54,849 bases of DNA, from assembly GCA_033763905.1 (NCBI GenBank), contig JANRJP010000006.1, forward strand, positions 1-54,849. Direction: 5' to 3'. Of this stretch, positions 26,089 through 35,225 are shown one piece after another (within the stretch, counting starts at the first letter, position 1; each line of letters starts with the position of its first letter). Under the pieces are notes generated by a model that ran no database searches, was not told the origin of the DNA, and saw only the letters and a program-made list of their open reading frames with translations. Position numbers and translations under genes: made by a program. The stretch is from Gemmatimonadaceae bacterium (GTDB lineage: Bacteria > Gemmatimonadota > Gemmatimonadetes > Gemmatimonadales > Gemmatimonadaceae).

Positions 26089-27342
26089 CTAGAGGGCCGG
26101 CAATGCGCCCGAACCACGCGCCGGCGTGTTCTTGCGAATGCGCTTGGTGCGGTACATCGCCGCGTCCGCGGCATCGATGGCGCCGGGCATCTGGTCCCCC
26201 GACGCGTAACCTTCGGCACCGATGGAGATCTCGAGTCGCACGAGCCGGCGTTCGGGGCCCAGTGCGATCGGGGCCGCCGCGGCCACGACCTGGCTCAGCC
26301 GCGCCGCCACACCGTCGGCCTTGGCCCCGGGCAGGACCAGCAGGAACTCGTCCCCGCCCCAGCGATACAGACGATCGAGTGGGCGGATGCTGCCGCGCAC
26401 GGTCCGCGCGAGATACGCGAGCAACTCGTCGCCGGCGGCGTGGCCTTGCCCGTCGTTGATGGTTTTGAGGTTGTCCATATCCAGCATCACCACGGTGCCG
26501 AACGTGGACTTCGCGAACTCCAAGCCGATGCCTTCGGTGAACGCGCGACGGTTCAGGCACTCGGTCAGCGCGTCGTACATCGCCATTCGGCGCAGCCGGT
26601 CGTTCGAGACCGCCAGCTCGGTGCGCGCGTCGTCGACTTCGCGCTTGGCGTCTTCCATCTGCATCACGACCATCCCGAAGCCGAGCAGCATATGCAGCGG
26701 CAGATCGACGTAGGCGTGATACATCCGGAGCGACGCCGCCGTCGCGGCACTCGACTGATGGGCGAAGGCGTAGGCCACTGCGAGCAGCGCGATGACGAGA
26801 AACACGCCGCCCGTGACGCGACTGCCGATCCCTCGGCGGGCCGACGGCAAGGCCAAGAGCTGCCACCCGGCCACGGCGCAGGTGACGGCCGCCACCGGCG
26901 TTTGCCAGAAGCGCGCGGCATCGAGTGTCCCGCCGTACAGCACGGTCGCGGCGGCGTAGGCAATGAGCACCGGCGCACCGACCCGCCGGAACGACGGATA
27001 GTTGAACCCGCGCGTGTACATCAAGGCACCCGCGAGCAGCAAGGCGTAGAACGCCAGCACGCCGATCTGGAAGCCCAGATACAGCACGACCGTAATGGCG
27101 CGGTCGTCGGTGGACTGCACCCCGGTGAGCATCCCGGGGAAGAGCCACAGGTTGTAGCGCAGCAGGAGCGGCGAGAGGCCGAACAGCAGCGCGACCCAGC
27201 TTTCGCCCCAGGTCGTGAAGTACGTCCGCCGCCACCCGCCCGAGCGCAACACCGCAAACAGCCCGGCGAGCAGCAAGGTGACGCCGGTCTGCGTGAGCAG
27301 ACCGATCATCTCGACGAACAATTCTGGGGAGGAACTATTCAC
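26089..27342 (-). CDS. Membrane (about 7 TM) diguanylate cyclase
   Basis: DALTECLNRR, DMDNLKTINDGQGHAAGD, RPLD I-site and RWGGDEF active site. Confidence 0.92.
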   Translation of the reverse strand: MNSSSPELFVEMIGLLTQTGVTLLLAGLFAVLRSGGWRRTYFTTWGESWVALLFGLSPLLLRYNLWLFPGMLTGVQSTDDRAITVVLYLGFQIGVLAFYALLLAGALMYTRGFNYPSFRRVGAPVLIAYAAATVLYGGTLDAARFWQTPVAAVTCAVAGWQLLALPSARRGIGSRVTGGVFLVIALLAVAYAFAHQSSAATAASLRMYHAYVDLPLHMLLGFGMVVMQMEDAKREVDDARTELAVSNDRLRRMAMYDALTECLNRRAFTEGIGLEFAKSTFGTVVMLDMDNLKTINDGQGHAAGDELLAYLARTVRGSIRPLDRLYRWGGDEFLLVLPGAKADGVAARLSQVVAAAAPIALGPERRLVRLEISIGAEGYASGDQMPGAIDAADAAMYRTKRIRKNTPARGSGALPAL

Positions 27343-27427
27343 GGGGCGGAGCGCGCAGGTACAACCCCGACCGCGGTACGCGGGGACGGAGCGCGGGGGT
27401 ACCCCAAACGTCGGACGAAGTGCAGGC

Positions 27428-29089
27428 CTATGGCAAGGGAGCCGCGGTCGGTCGGACGAGGATTTCCAGCGAGTCGGCCACCCGGCGTAGCCGCCGGAAC
27501 GCCCCCGCGTTCCCACCCAGGCGCTCTCCTTCGGCGGCCACGCTGCGGGCATCGTCGAAGCGCCCGAGTCCGATCAAGCAGGCCACGAGCGACGCGCGAG
27601 CGCTGGATCCGTGCGGGTAGATGCGCAACGCGCGATCCAGCGGGGCGATCGCCGGTCCGCACTTGTTCTGCTCGCGGTACACCGTGCCGAGCAGGGCCAG
27701 TGATCCGAAGTCGTCGGGGAACAATTCGATCGATCGGCGCAGCGGCCCTTCCGCGGCCGCGCGGTTGCCGCGTCGCGCCTCGAGTTGGCCGATCAGGTAC
27801 CACGGGCGATAGCTCCGCGGCGTCTCGGCAACGGCTGCTGCGAGGAGTGTCTCGTCGTTGCGCCACACCGTGGTGCGGAAGGCGCTGCGCACGCCCCCGG
27901 CGATCACCAGCACGGCGAGCAACGCCCACGCCGGTCGCGCCGACGCCCGACGCGCCGCCGGCTCCAGATCCGACGCCAACGCCGCCAGCAGCGCGCCGAC
28001 CGCGAGCAGCACGCCTACACTCGGCAAGAGCAAGGTCCGCTCGGCCAGAATCACGCCGGTGGGCAACAGCAGGTTCGACACCGGCCCCAAGGCGAGTCCC
28101 GCGAGGAGCAATCCGAACGCGGCGACCGGCGCGCGCCGGAACGACAGCGCGAGCAGCACGACCCCTCCGGCGACGACCGTCACCCCGGGGAGCAACCCGA
28201 GCGACCAGCCGCGATACACCGGGACCTGCGGCGGCGAGTACTCGATCGCGAGCCGTGCCGGCCAGAGCATCAGCCGCAGCCATTCGGGTACGACGCCGAG
28301 CATCGTCCAGCGTCGGTCGGCGGGACTGAGCACCATCCAGAGCCCGGCGGGGGCGTCGTCCCAGGTTTCGACCGCCGCCGTGCGCAGAGCGAGGTAGCAC
28401 GCCACAACCGCCCCGGTCGACAGCGCGACGGGGGCGACGACGCGCAGCCGCGCCCACAGTGGCCGGCGGTCGCGCACGAGCGTGAGCTCGGCCGCGGTGA
28501 GCATCAGCGGCACGAGGACCCCTTGTTCCTTCGAGAAGGCCGCGAGCACGGTGCCGCCGACCACGGCCCCCAGCGTCAGCGGGTTCGTGCCCTCCTCGCG
28601 CAACCGCAGATACGCGTGTAGCGCCACGACCGTGCCGAGCGTCATCAGCAGCTCGGAACATCCGACGATGTTGGCGACGGCTTCGACGTGCACCGGGTGC
28701 ACGGCAAACAGCAACCCGACGGCAAACGCAATGCCCGCCGGCAGGAGCCGCAGCGCCAGCCGCCACACCGCGACCGCCAGCACCGCGTGGAGCACCACAT
28801 TCACGGCGTGGAAGACGGCCGGGCTTCCGCCGCCGATCACCCATTGCGTGGCATAGCCCAGCATTGGCAACGGCCGATACAGGGCCCCCAAGGCCGGCGG
28901 CGGCCAGTACGACTGGCCGAAGAGCTGCCACCAGTGCGCGAGCGTGTGGACCCGCGCGTTGTCCTCGATGATGAATCGGTCGTCGTAGGTGAATCCGCCG
29001 GCGATGGCGGGCGCCATCGCCAGCACCGCCACGACGACGAGAGCCAAGGCCGCGCGCCACGAGCGCAGCCCTGCTCCAACGTCGGTCAC
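27428..29089 (-). CDS. TMTC-like GT-C glycosyltransferase (multi-TM + TPR)
   Basis: FTYDDRFII (DD motif), LYRPL, FHAVNVVLH, LFAVHPVHVEAVANIVG, SKEQG, LWPARLAIEY, AERTLLLPS, VWRNDETL, C-terminal TPRs. The start overlaps the TolC stop. Confidence 0.85.
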   Translation of the reverse strand: MTDVGAGLRSWRAALALVVVAVLAMAPAIAGGFTYDDRFIIEDNARVHTLAHWWQLFGQSYWPPPALGALYRPLPMLGYATQWVIGGGSPAVFHAVNVVLHAVLAVAVWRLALRLLPAGIAFAVGLLFAVHPVHVEAVANIVGCSELLMTLGTVVALHAYLRLREEGTNPLTLGAVVGGTVLAAFSKEQGVLVPLMLTAAELTLVRDRRPLWARLRVVAPVALSTGAVVACYLALRTAAVETWDDAPAGLWMVLSPADRRWTMLGVVPEWLRLMLWPARLAIEYSPPQVPVYRGWSLGLLPGVTVVAGGVVLLALSFRRAPVAAFGLLLAGLALGPVSNLLLPTGVILAERTLLLPSVGVLLAVGALLAALASDLEPAARRASARPAWALLAVLVIAGGVRSAFRTTVWRNDETLLAAAVAETPRSYRPWYLIGQLEARRGNRAAAEGPLRRSIELFPDDFGSLALLGTVYREQNKCGPAIAPLDRALRIYPHGSSARASLVACLIGLGRFDDARSVAAEGERLGGNAGAFRRLRRVADSLEILVRPTAAPLP

Positions 29090-30543
29090 GGCAAGCGGGC
29101 GGGTGCGCCGACGGCGACGGCGAGCTCGGCACGCGCCGTCGCGGCGCGCGCTTGCAGGGTCGCGAGTCGAATCTCCTCGTCGAGCACGAGACGCTCGCGG
29201 AGATTGACGATCAGCAGTGAGCTTTCGCCGTTCTCGAAGCGCCGCTGTTCACCGGCCAGCATCCCACGAGCCTGCGCGACCGTGGTGGTCTGCAGGGTGA
29301 TCTGCTCGTCGAGCGCGCGCACGTCGTTGGTGGAGGTCAGCACGGCATTGCGAATCTCGCGCCGCAACTGCGTTTCCGTAATCCGCTGCTGGTCGAGCCG
29401 CTGCGAGGCCTGGGCAAAGCGGCCCCGCTCGCGGAGGTACAGCACCGGCGACTTGAACGTCGCGCCGAACTTGTAGTTGTCCTGCCAGCCATCCGCCGCG
29501 GTGAGCTCGCCCGCCTTGTCGCCGTCGGCGATCGCTGAGACGTCGAGCGCCGCGAACGGAATGAACTGCTGCCCGACGAAGCGCCGCTGGGCTTCGGCCT
29601 GCCGGATCCGCGCCGCGATCTTCTGCAGTTCCGGATGCGCCCGCTCGGCGGCGACCACCAACTCGGCGACTGCGGGGCCAGCCATCGGCGTGAGCATCCC
29701 GTCCGTGGCGGGGCGGACCCGCGGGGCCAAGGGGATCGGCTGACCCCGATCGTCCCACAGATACGCTTCGATCAGCAGCGACACGGCATACAAGGCCTGT
29801 TCGGCTTCGACGCGGAGCCCCTCGCGACGTTGCACTTCGAGCCGCGCTTCGAGGGTGTCGATGGCCGGGGCTTCGCCGTTGCGGAACCGTGACCGCACAG
29901 CGGTCAGTCGGAACTCGGCGAGGGTCACGCCGTCCCGCGCGATCGACGCGCGGCGATACGCTTCGTACCACCGCGCATAGTCGCGCGTGGCGCGGAGCAT
30001 CAGACTGTTCACGACACCGACGCGATCGCTCTCGGCGAAGTCGAGCGCGGCGCGCGCCTGCACCAACGCGTTGCGTCGTTCGTCGGTGATGATGCGCTGA
30101 CCGAGCGGAATCGACAGGCCGAGCGAGAGCAGCCCGGTGTTGGCGGTGGACGCGGCCGGGTTGATGTCGGGCCCGAGCCCGCGCGAGAAGCCGACCTTTA
30201 CGTCGGCGCCAGTCACGGTGGGAATCTTGAGCGCCGCGTCGACTTCGTTGAAAGACTCGGTGCCCTTCTTGGCCTTCCGATCCCAGCTGGCTTCCACCGT
30301 GGGATCGAACTGCCCGCGGGCGATGCGCAGATCCTGTGCGACCTGATCGCGCGCCAGACGCGCCGCGCGCGCCACCGGATGATTGGCGAGCACGGTCGCG
30401 TAGAAGCTGGCGTACGGATACGGCGCGGCGCTGTCCACCGGCGGCTGCGCCGCGACCGGTGCGACGCGGCCGACCGCGACCAGGAGCGGGGCGATCCCGC
30501 AAACCGCCGCGCGACGCGCGGCGGCGGGCAGTACGCGTGACAT
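29086..30543 (-). CDS. TolC-family outer membrane efflux protein
   Basis: Signal peptide ending VAA-Q, VLANHP, ARGQFDP, GEAPAIDTLEA, EQRRFENGESSLLIVNLRE. Confidence 0.9.
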   Translation of the reverse strand: MSRVLPAAARRAAVCGIAPLLVAVGRVAPVAAQPPVDSAAPYPYASFYATVLANHPVARAARLARDQVAQDLRIARGQFDPTVEASWDRKAKKGTESFNEVDAALKIPTVTGADVKVGFSRGLGPDINPAASTANTGLLSLGLSIPLGQRIITDERRNALVQARAALDFAESDRVGVVNSLMLRATRDYARWYEAYRRASIARDGVTLAEFRLTAVRSRFRNGEAPAIDTLEARLEVQRREGLRVEAEQALYAVSLLIEAYLWDDRGQPIPLAPRVRPATDGMLTPMAGPAVAELVVAAERAHPELQKIAARIRQAEAQRRFVGQQFIPFAALDVSAIADGDKAGELTAADGWQDNYKFGATFKSPVLYLRERGRFAQASQRLDQQRITETQLRREIRNAVLTSTNDVRALDEQITLQTTTVAQARGMLAGEQRRFENGESSLLIVNLRERLVLDEEIRLATLQARAATARAELAVAVGAPARLP

Positions 30544-30545
30544 CG

Positions 30546-31859
30546 TCAGTCCTTCGGCTCGTCCGACGCCGACTTCTTGTCCGCGCCCACGTCCGTCGGC
30601 TTCTGCGGCGGGAATCCGTTGATCTGCCGCCAGAGCTCGTAGCCGACGGTGACGTTGTCGAGCATCGCCCAGCCATTCACGCGTCCACCGATGCGCAGCT
30701 GTTCCGGCCACGGATCATCGGTGCTGTCGGGCACGACCAGCACGCGGAACTCGCCCGAGGCGGACGCGGTGTAGTCGATGACCTGGATGACGCCGCCGAA
30801 GGTGCCGATCTGGCCCACGTCCCAGCCGACGAACTGCAACGACGGATACCCGTCGAACTGGATGCGCACCTTGCGTCCCGGCTTCACGAAGGGGACGTCC
30901 ATCGCGCGGACGAAGAGTTCGACCGCGAGCTGCGGATTGGCCGGCTGCACCGTCACGACGGCTTCGCCTTCCTTGACGACTTCACCGACGCCGGCGCGCT
31001 GCGCGCGGACGACGTAGCCGTCCTGCGGTGCCTTGATGATGTAGAACCCGGCGCGGATCTCCATCGAGGTGTACTCGTTGCGCAGCTTCGCGACCTCGGC
31101 CTGCCCCTCGCCGATCTCCGCCTTGGTCTTTTCGCGATCGCTGATCGCCTTGGAGATCTTCTCGCGGTACTCGGCGCGCTTCGAGTCGAGCTCGATGCGC
31201 GAGTTGGCGAGTCCCTGCCGCTTCTCGATCAGCGTCGCGTTGGCCTTCTGGGACGCCAGCGTGAAGGTTTCGAGATCGACCTGCGACGACAGGCCTTCCT
31301 TGACGAGCTGCGCGCGTCGCCGGAGCCGATCGGCGGCCACCGAGGAATCGAACACGGCCGCATCGTAGGCCGCTTCGTACTCGGCGATCTTGTTCGTGCC
31401 CTGTTCGACACTCAAGGTCAGCGCCCGCTCGAGCTGGATGATCTGCGAATCGAGCGCGATCACCTGCCGCATCTTGGCCTCGACCGCGTCGCTCTTGCCC
31501 TCGACCTGCTCGCCGATGCGATTGACGAGTTGGGGATCGAGGAACTTCTCCTTCACTTCGGAGATCTGCACGAGCGGCGTACCGGCCTTCACGAACTGGC
31601 CTTCCTGCACCAGCCACGCTTCGATCCGGCCGGCGATCGCCGCCGGTACGGTCTGCGGCCGATCCTGCGGACGCAGCGCCGAGAGGGTGCCCTTGCCGCT
31701 GACGAACTGCTGCCACGGCAGCAGCAACGACACGATCAACGTGACGAAGAGCCCGAGCACCCACTTCCCGAAGGTCCGGTAGGGCGTCGAGGCATTGAGC
31801 AGCTTGGCGGAGTACAGCGGCGCCGTATCGAACTCGAGCGTCTCGGTGGGAACAGCCAT
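30546..31859 (-). CDS. HlyD-family periplasmic adaptor
   Basis: TM, PWQQFVSGKG, VQEGQFVKAGTPL lipoyl half-motif, long coiled coil, IKAPQDG, FDGYPSLQFVGW, YELWRQINGFPP. Start ATG 31859. Confidence 0.92.
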   Translation of the reverse strand: MAVPTETLEFDTAPLYSAKLLNASTPYRTFGKWVLGLFVTLIVSLLLPWQQFVSGKGTLSALRPQDRPQTVPAAIAGRIEAWLVQEGQFVKAGTPLVQISEVKEKFLDPQLVNRIGEQVEGKSDAVEAKMRQVIALDSQIIQLERALTLSVEQGTNKIAEYEAAYDAAVFDSSVAADRLRRRAQLVKEGLSSQVDLETFTLASQKANATLIEKRQGLANSRIELDSKRAEYREKISKAISDREKTKAEIGEGQAEVAKLRNEYTSMEIRAGFYIIKAPQDGYVVRAQRAGVGEVVKEGEAVVTVQPANPQLAVELFVRAMDVPFVKPGRKVRIQFDGYPSLQFVGWDVGQIGTFGGVIQVIDYTASASGEFRVLVVPDSTDDPWPEQLRIGGRVNGWAMLDNVTVGYELWRQINGFPPQKPTDVGADKKSASDEPKD

Positions 31860-31872
31860 CGAAAACTCCGAC

Positions 31873-34074
31873 TCAGGCGGCGCCGGCGTGCGCCGGCGTC
31901 GAAATGAAGCGACGGACTTCAGGATGCGCCTCGCACTCGGCCCAGGTCCCGGTCGCCGCAATACGACCATCCTTCATCACCAGCACGCGATCGCACGCGG
32001 CCAGCAGCATCGGGTCGTGCGTCACGACCAGCGCGGTCCACGGGTGACTGCGGTCGGCGATCAATCCGTGCACCCGCTCACGCAGCAACGGCTCGATGAT
32101 CGTGAAGAAATCGTCGAGCACAAGCAGGCGCGGGGCCCCCGCAATCGCCTGCGCGAGGAGCAGGCGCGTCGCGATGCTGGTGCTGAGATTGCGACCGCCG
32201 TTGGTGATCGCCGTCCGCAGGCCCATCGGCTGCTCCTGCACCCACGTCGAGAGCCCGACCCGCTCAAGCGCCTGCATCACGGCCGGGACATCGACGTTCG
32301 GTCGACCCACCGTGATGTTGTCCTCGATCGTCCCGTCAAAGAGGTCGGTCTGCGACAGATACTGTCCGATTGCGCCGCGAAGGCTCGTCCGATCCAGATC
32401 CCGCAGCGTGATGCCGTCGTACGTGATCGTCCCCGAGTAGTCGTCGAGAAGACCGCTGGCGAGCAGCAACAGCGACGACGACCCGGCACCGACGAAGCCG
32501 GTGATGCCGATCCGCTCACCCGCCTTCACCGACAAGTCGATGTCGGTCAGCGCCGGCGCCGCCACGCCGGGGTAGGCGTAGCTGACGTTGCGCAACTCGA
32601 TGCCGAGCCCGCTGCCCTGCCCGTTCCGCAGCGACAGGCCGCCCGCCGCGTCCAGCGGGAAGTCGGTCACGTGCCCGACCTTGTCCACCGCCGTCAGCAC
32701 GTCGTACACCGTGCTCAGGCTCGCGATGATCTTCTCGATCGCGCTCAGCACCGTCACGATCACCAGTTCGGAGGCCACGAACTGCCCGATGGTGATCTGG
32801 CGGTCCTGCAACAGCACCGCGCCGAGCACCAGCATCGCGCCGGTGATGACCGTCTTGAAGATCACGAAGAACCACGACTGCTGGACGATGACGCTGAAGT
32901 GCTTCTTGCGGTACTTGAGGTAGCCGGTGAGCAGCTCGTCCGTGCGATCGATCGCGAGATTCGAGCGACCCGCGAACTTGAAGGCCGTCACCGCGCGCGT
33001 CATTTCCTCGAACCAGTGGACGACGCGGTACTTGTACTTCGACTCCACGATCGACGTGTAGAGGCCGCGGGCACCGGTCTGCGCGAGCAGGAAGCCCAGC
33101 ACCGCGATCAACGTCACCGCCGACAAGCTCAGGAACGGATTGTAGACGCTGAGCAGGATCAACCCGAAGATGATCGTGACCAGCGCGGCGACCGCATCGG
33201 TCAGGAGCTTCGAGAGCGACTTCTGGATCGTCAGCGCCTCGAAGAAGCGATTCATCTGTTCCGGCAGGTTCTCGGCAAGCGCCGTTTCCATCCGGAAGCG
33301 CGGGATGCGGAAGGCAAACTCCACCGCCAGCCGCGCGAACACGCGCTGCTGGATGACTTCCACCACACTCAACTGGAAGATCTGCAGCGCGCCCGACGCC
33401 AACGAACCGAGCACCACGAAGGCAATCAGCAGGAACAACGGCTGGATGAGCAGCCCGCCCTGGACCAGCTGAATGGTGGCCTGCACACCGAGCGGCAGCG
33501 CGAGCCCGAAGAGGCCCACGAGCAAGGCGTAGAGCCACACCAGCCAGATATCCCGCTTCTCGCGGACCAGCATCTGCCACAAGCGCGATGTCGGCGTCGC
33601 GTCGTGATCGCCCGCCTCGGCCGCCACGAGCGGCGTGACGCCGAGCGGGATCAGGCACAGCATCTCCGCGTCCACGCCCGCCCCTGCTGAGGGCAACAGC
33701 CCGTCCAGGGTGCCGGTGAACGCCTGCTCCGCACCATCCTCGCCGATGCGGTACCCGGTGATTTCCGCCCCGTCGCGCCCCGTCACGACCAACGCCAGCC
33801 AGCCCCCCACGCCGCCGGCTGCCGACGCGAGGATGACGAGGGGATACGCCCCCTCGGCGACGAGTCGAGTCAGCGCGTCGCGATCGACGGTCCGCCGGAG
33901 GTACGCCAGGTTGACCTTGCGGCCGAGCGTGATGATCGAGTCGGCAAAGGCGACGAGATCCGGCTCGTTGCCCTCGTTGCGCCGGAGATCCTGCGCCCAC
34001 GCGGTCCGGTCCACCTCGAGCTTGAGGTGGGCCGCGACGGCAGCATTGACGGCGCCCGCTTGTCGAATCGGCAT
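31873..34074 (-). CDS. HlyB/PCAT-like ABC exporter with degenerate N-terminal C39-like domain and degenerate NBD
   Basis: 6-TM ABC membrane domain (ITIGQFVASEL) and an NBD fold (IELRNVSYAY, LFDGTIEDNI, VTHD). Walker A reads GFVGAGSS, the signature LSTSI and Walker B LLVLDD. Confidence 0.88.
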   Translation of the reverse strand: MPIRQAGAVNAAVAAHLKLEVDRTAWAQDLRRNEGNEPDLVAFADSIITLGRKVNLAYLRRTVDRDALTRLVAEGAYPLVILASAAGGVGGWLALVVTGRDGAEITGYRIGEDGAEQAFTGTLDGLLPSAGAGVDAEMLCLIPLGVTPLVAAEAGDHDATPTSRLWQMLVREKRDIWLVWLYALLVGLFGLALPLGVQATIQLVQGGLLIQPLFLLIAFVVLGSLASGALQIFQLSVVEVIQQRVFARLAVEFAFRIPRFRMETALAENLPEQMNRFFEALTIQKSLSKLLTDAVAALVTIIFGLILLSVYNPFLSLSAVTLIAVLGFLLAQTGARGLYTSIVESKYKYRVVHWFEEMTRAVTAFKFAGRSNLAIDRTDELLTGYLKYRKKHFSVIVQQSWFFVIFKTVITGAMLVLGAVLLQDRQITIGQFVASELVIVTVLSAIEKIIASLSTVYDVLTAVDKVGHVTDFPLDAAGGLSLRNGQGSGLGIELRNVSYAYPGVAAPALTDIDLSVKAGERIGITGFVGAGSSSLLLLASGLLDDYSGTITYDGITLRDLDRTSLRGAIGQYLSQTDLFDGTIEDNITVGRPNVDVPAVMQALERVGLSTWVQEQPMGLRTAITNGGRNLSTSIATRLLLAQAIAGAPRLLVLDDFFTIIEPLLRERVHGLIADRSHPWTALVVTHDPMLLAACDRVLVMKDGRIAATGTWAECEAHPEVRRFISTPAHAGAA

Positions 34075-34094
34075 AAAGGAATAAATCGACTAAA

Positions 34095-34172
34095 TGTTCG
34101 TTAATTCCGAACAATATATCGGGCGACAGGTACCCTGAGCCACTGGTCCGGTTCCGTTGAAACACTGGTCCG
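34095..34172. promoter_or_regulatory. AT-rich control region with palindrome and direct repeats
   Basis: TGTTCG-N7-CGAACA (34095-34113) lies next to a minus-strand TATATT -10. CACTGGTCCG occurs at 34141 and 34163. Confidence 0.55.
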
Positions 34173-34227
34173 ATCCCAAATGTGCCACATCGGGACCCTT
34201 CCGTGGGCCCGCTGCGTATAGGCCCGA

Positions 34228-34479
34228 ATGCGAGACGATGATCTGGACGACGAATTCCCGCTGGGCGACGGCACCGCCGACCTCGATGCCGAGGTGGCCT
34301 GCCCGTGGTGCGGCGAATTGGTGTCGATCGCGCTCGATCCCGGGAGCGGCACCCAGCAGGAGTACGTCGAGGATTGTCAGGTCTGTTGCAGACCGTGGAC
34401 CGTTCACGTCGCGTACGCTGACGACGGCTCGGCCGAGGTCTGGGCGGAAGCCGCTGGCGACTGGGACGACGGCTCGTAG
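34228..34479 (+). CDS. CPXCG-motif cysteine-rich small protein
   Basis: CPWCGE..DPGSGTQQEYVEDCQVCCRPW. Confidence 0.88.
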   Translation: MRDDDLDDEFPLGDGTADLDAEVACPWCGELVSIALDPGSGTQQEYVEDCQVCCRPWTVHVAYADDGSAEVWAEAAGDWDDGS

Positions 34480-34512
34480 CCGGTGCCGTCCGCGTCGCCA
34501 GCGGACGGCGGC

Positions 34513-35106
34513 TCAGCGTCGCAACACGCCGAGAAAGCTCACGCCGATGGCGGTCGCGTTCACCTTGGTGTTTCCCGAGGTGTAGGACATCGGCGTGACC
34601 GTCACCCCGACCCAGCGCCACGCGACCTCAGCGGTGGCCCCCACGGCGCTTCCGAAGCTGATGTCCTGCCCGAGCCCGTCGGCGTGGAACTTCACCGCCG
34701 TGTGCGCGGCCACACCGACGCCGACGCGCCAGTCCTTATCGATGTGGTATGACCCGACGAGTTCGAGCGGGAATCGCGTGACCCCGATGTTCGCGTTGTC
34801 CGCCTTGGTGGACACGAACTTGAAGCCCACCGTCGCGCGGACAGAGACGGGGGAGGTCGCCGAGGCGCGGTAGTCCACGCCCGCCGCGATGGTGCCTCCT
34901 TGGCCGGCCACGACCGACTGCCGGCTCCCATCGGTGAAGAGCACCTCGGCGATCTTGTCACCGCCGAACTCCAGCCCGAACTCCACGACGCCTGCCACCG
35001 GCTTCCACGGCGCCGGTGCCGACTTCGGCTTGGCCAACGGGTTGTCTTGGGCCCCCAGTACCGGGGCACAGACGGCGAGGGCAATGGCAACACCAAGAGC
35101 GCGCAT
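34513..35106 (-). CDS. Exported protein, probable small outer-membrane beta-barrel
   Basis: Signal peptide ending VLGA-Q and alternating amphipathic beta-strands (VVEFGLEFGG, SVRATVGFKF, WRVGVGV). Confidence 0.7.
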   Translation of the reverse strand: MRALGVAIALAVCAPVLGAQDNPLAKPKSAPAPWKPVAGVVEFGLEFGGDKIAEVLFTDGSRQSVVAGQGGTIAAGVDYRASATSPVSVRATVGFKFVSTKADNANIGVTRFPLELVGSYHIDKDWRVGVGVAAHTAVKFHADGLGQDISFGSAVGATAEVAWRWVGVTVTPMSYTSGNTKVNATAIGVSFLGVLRR

Positions 35107-35225
35107 CGACAGACAGGGTGTGTGTGAAGTGGCACCGCAACGGGGACCGCAAGAATCTACCGCAGACCCGGGACGCCAGCATCCGGTCGCTCAGGACTTG
35201 CCCACGCGCGGCCGATACTCGGCGT

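Noticed and set aside
34095..34113. Palindrome as a LexA box or dif site
   Set aside because: Half-site orientation and spacing do not match CGAAC-N4-GTTCG, and there is no XerD-arm consensus.
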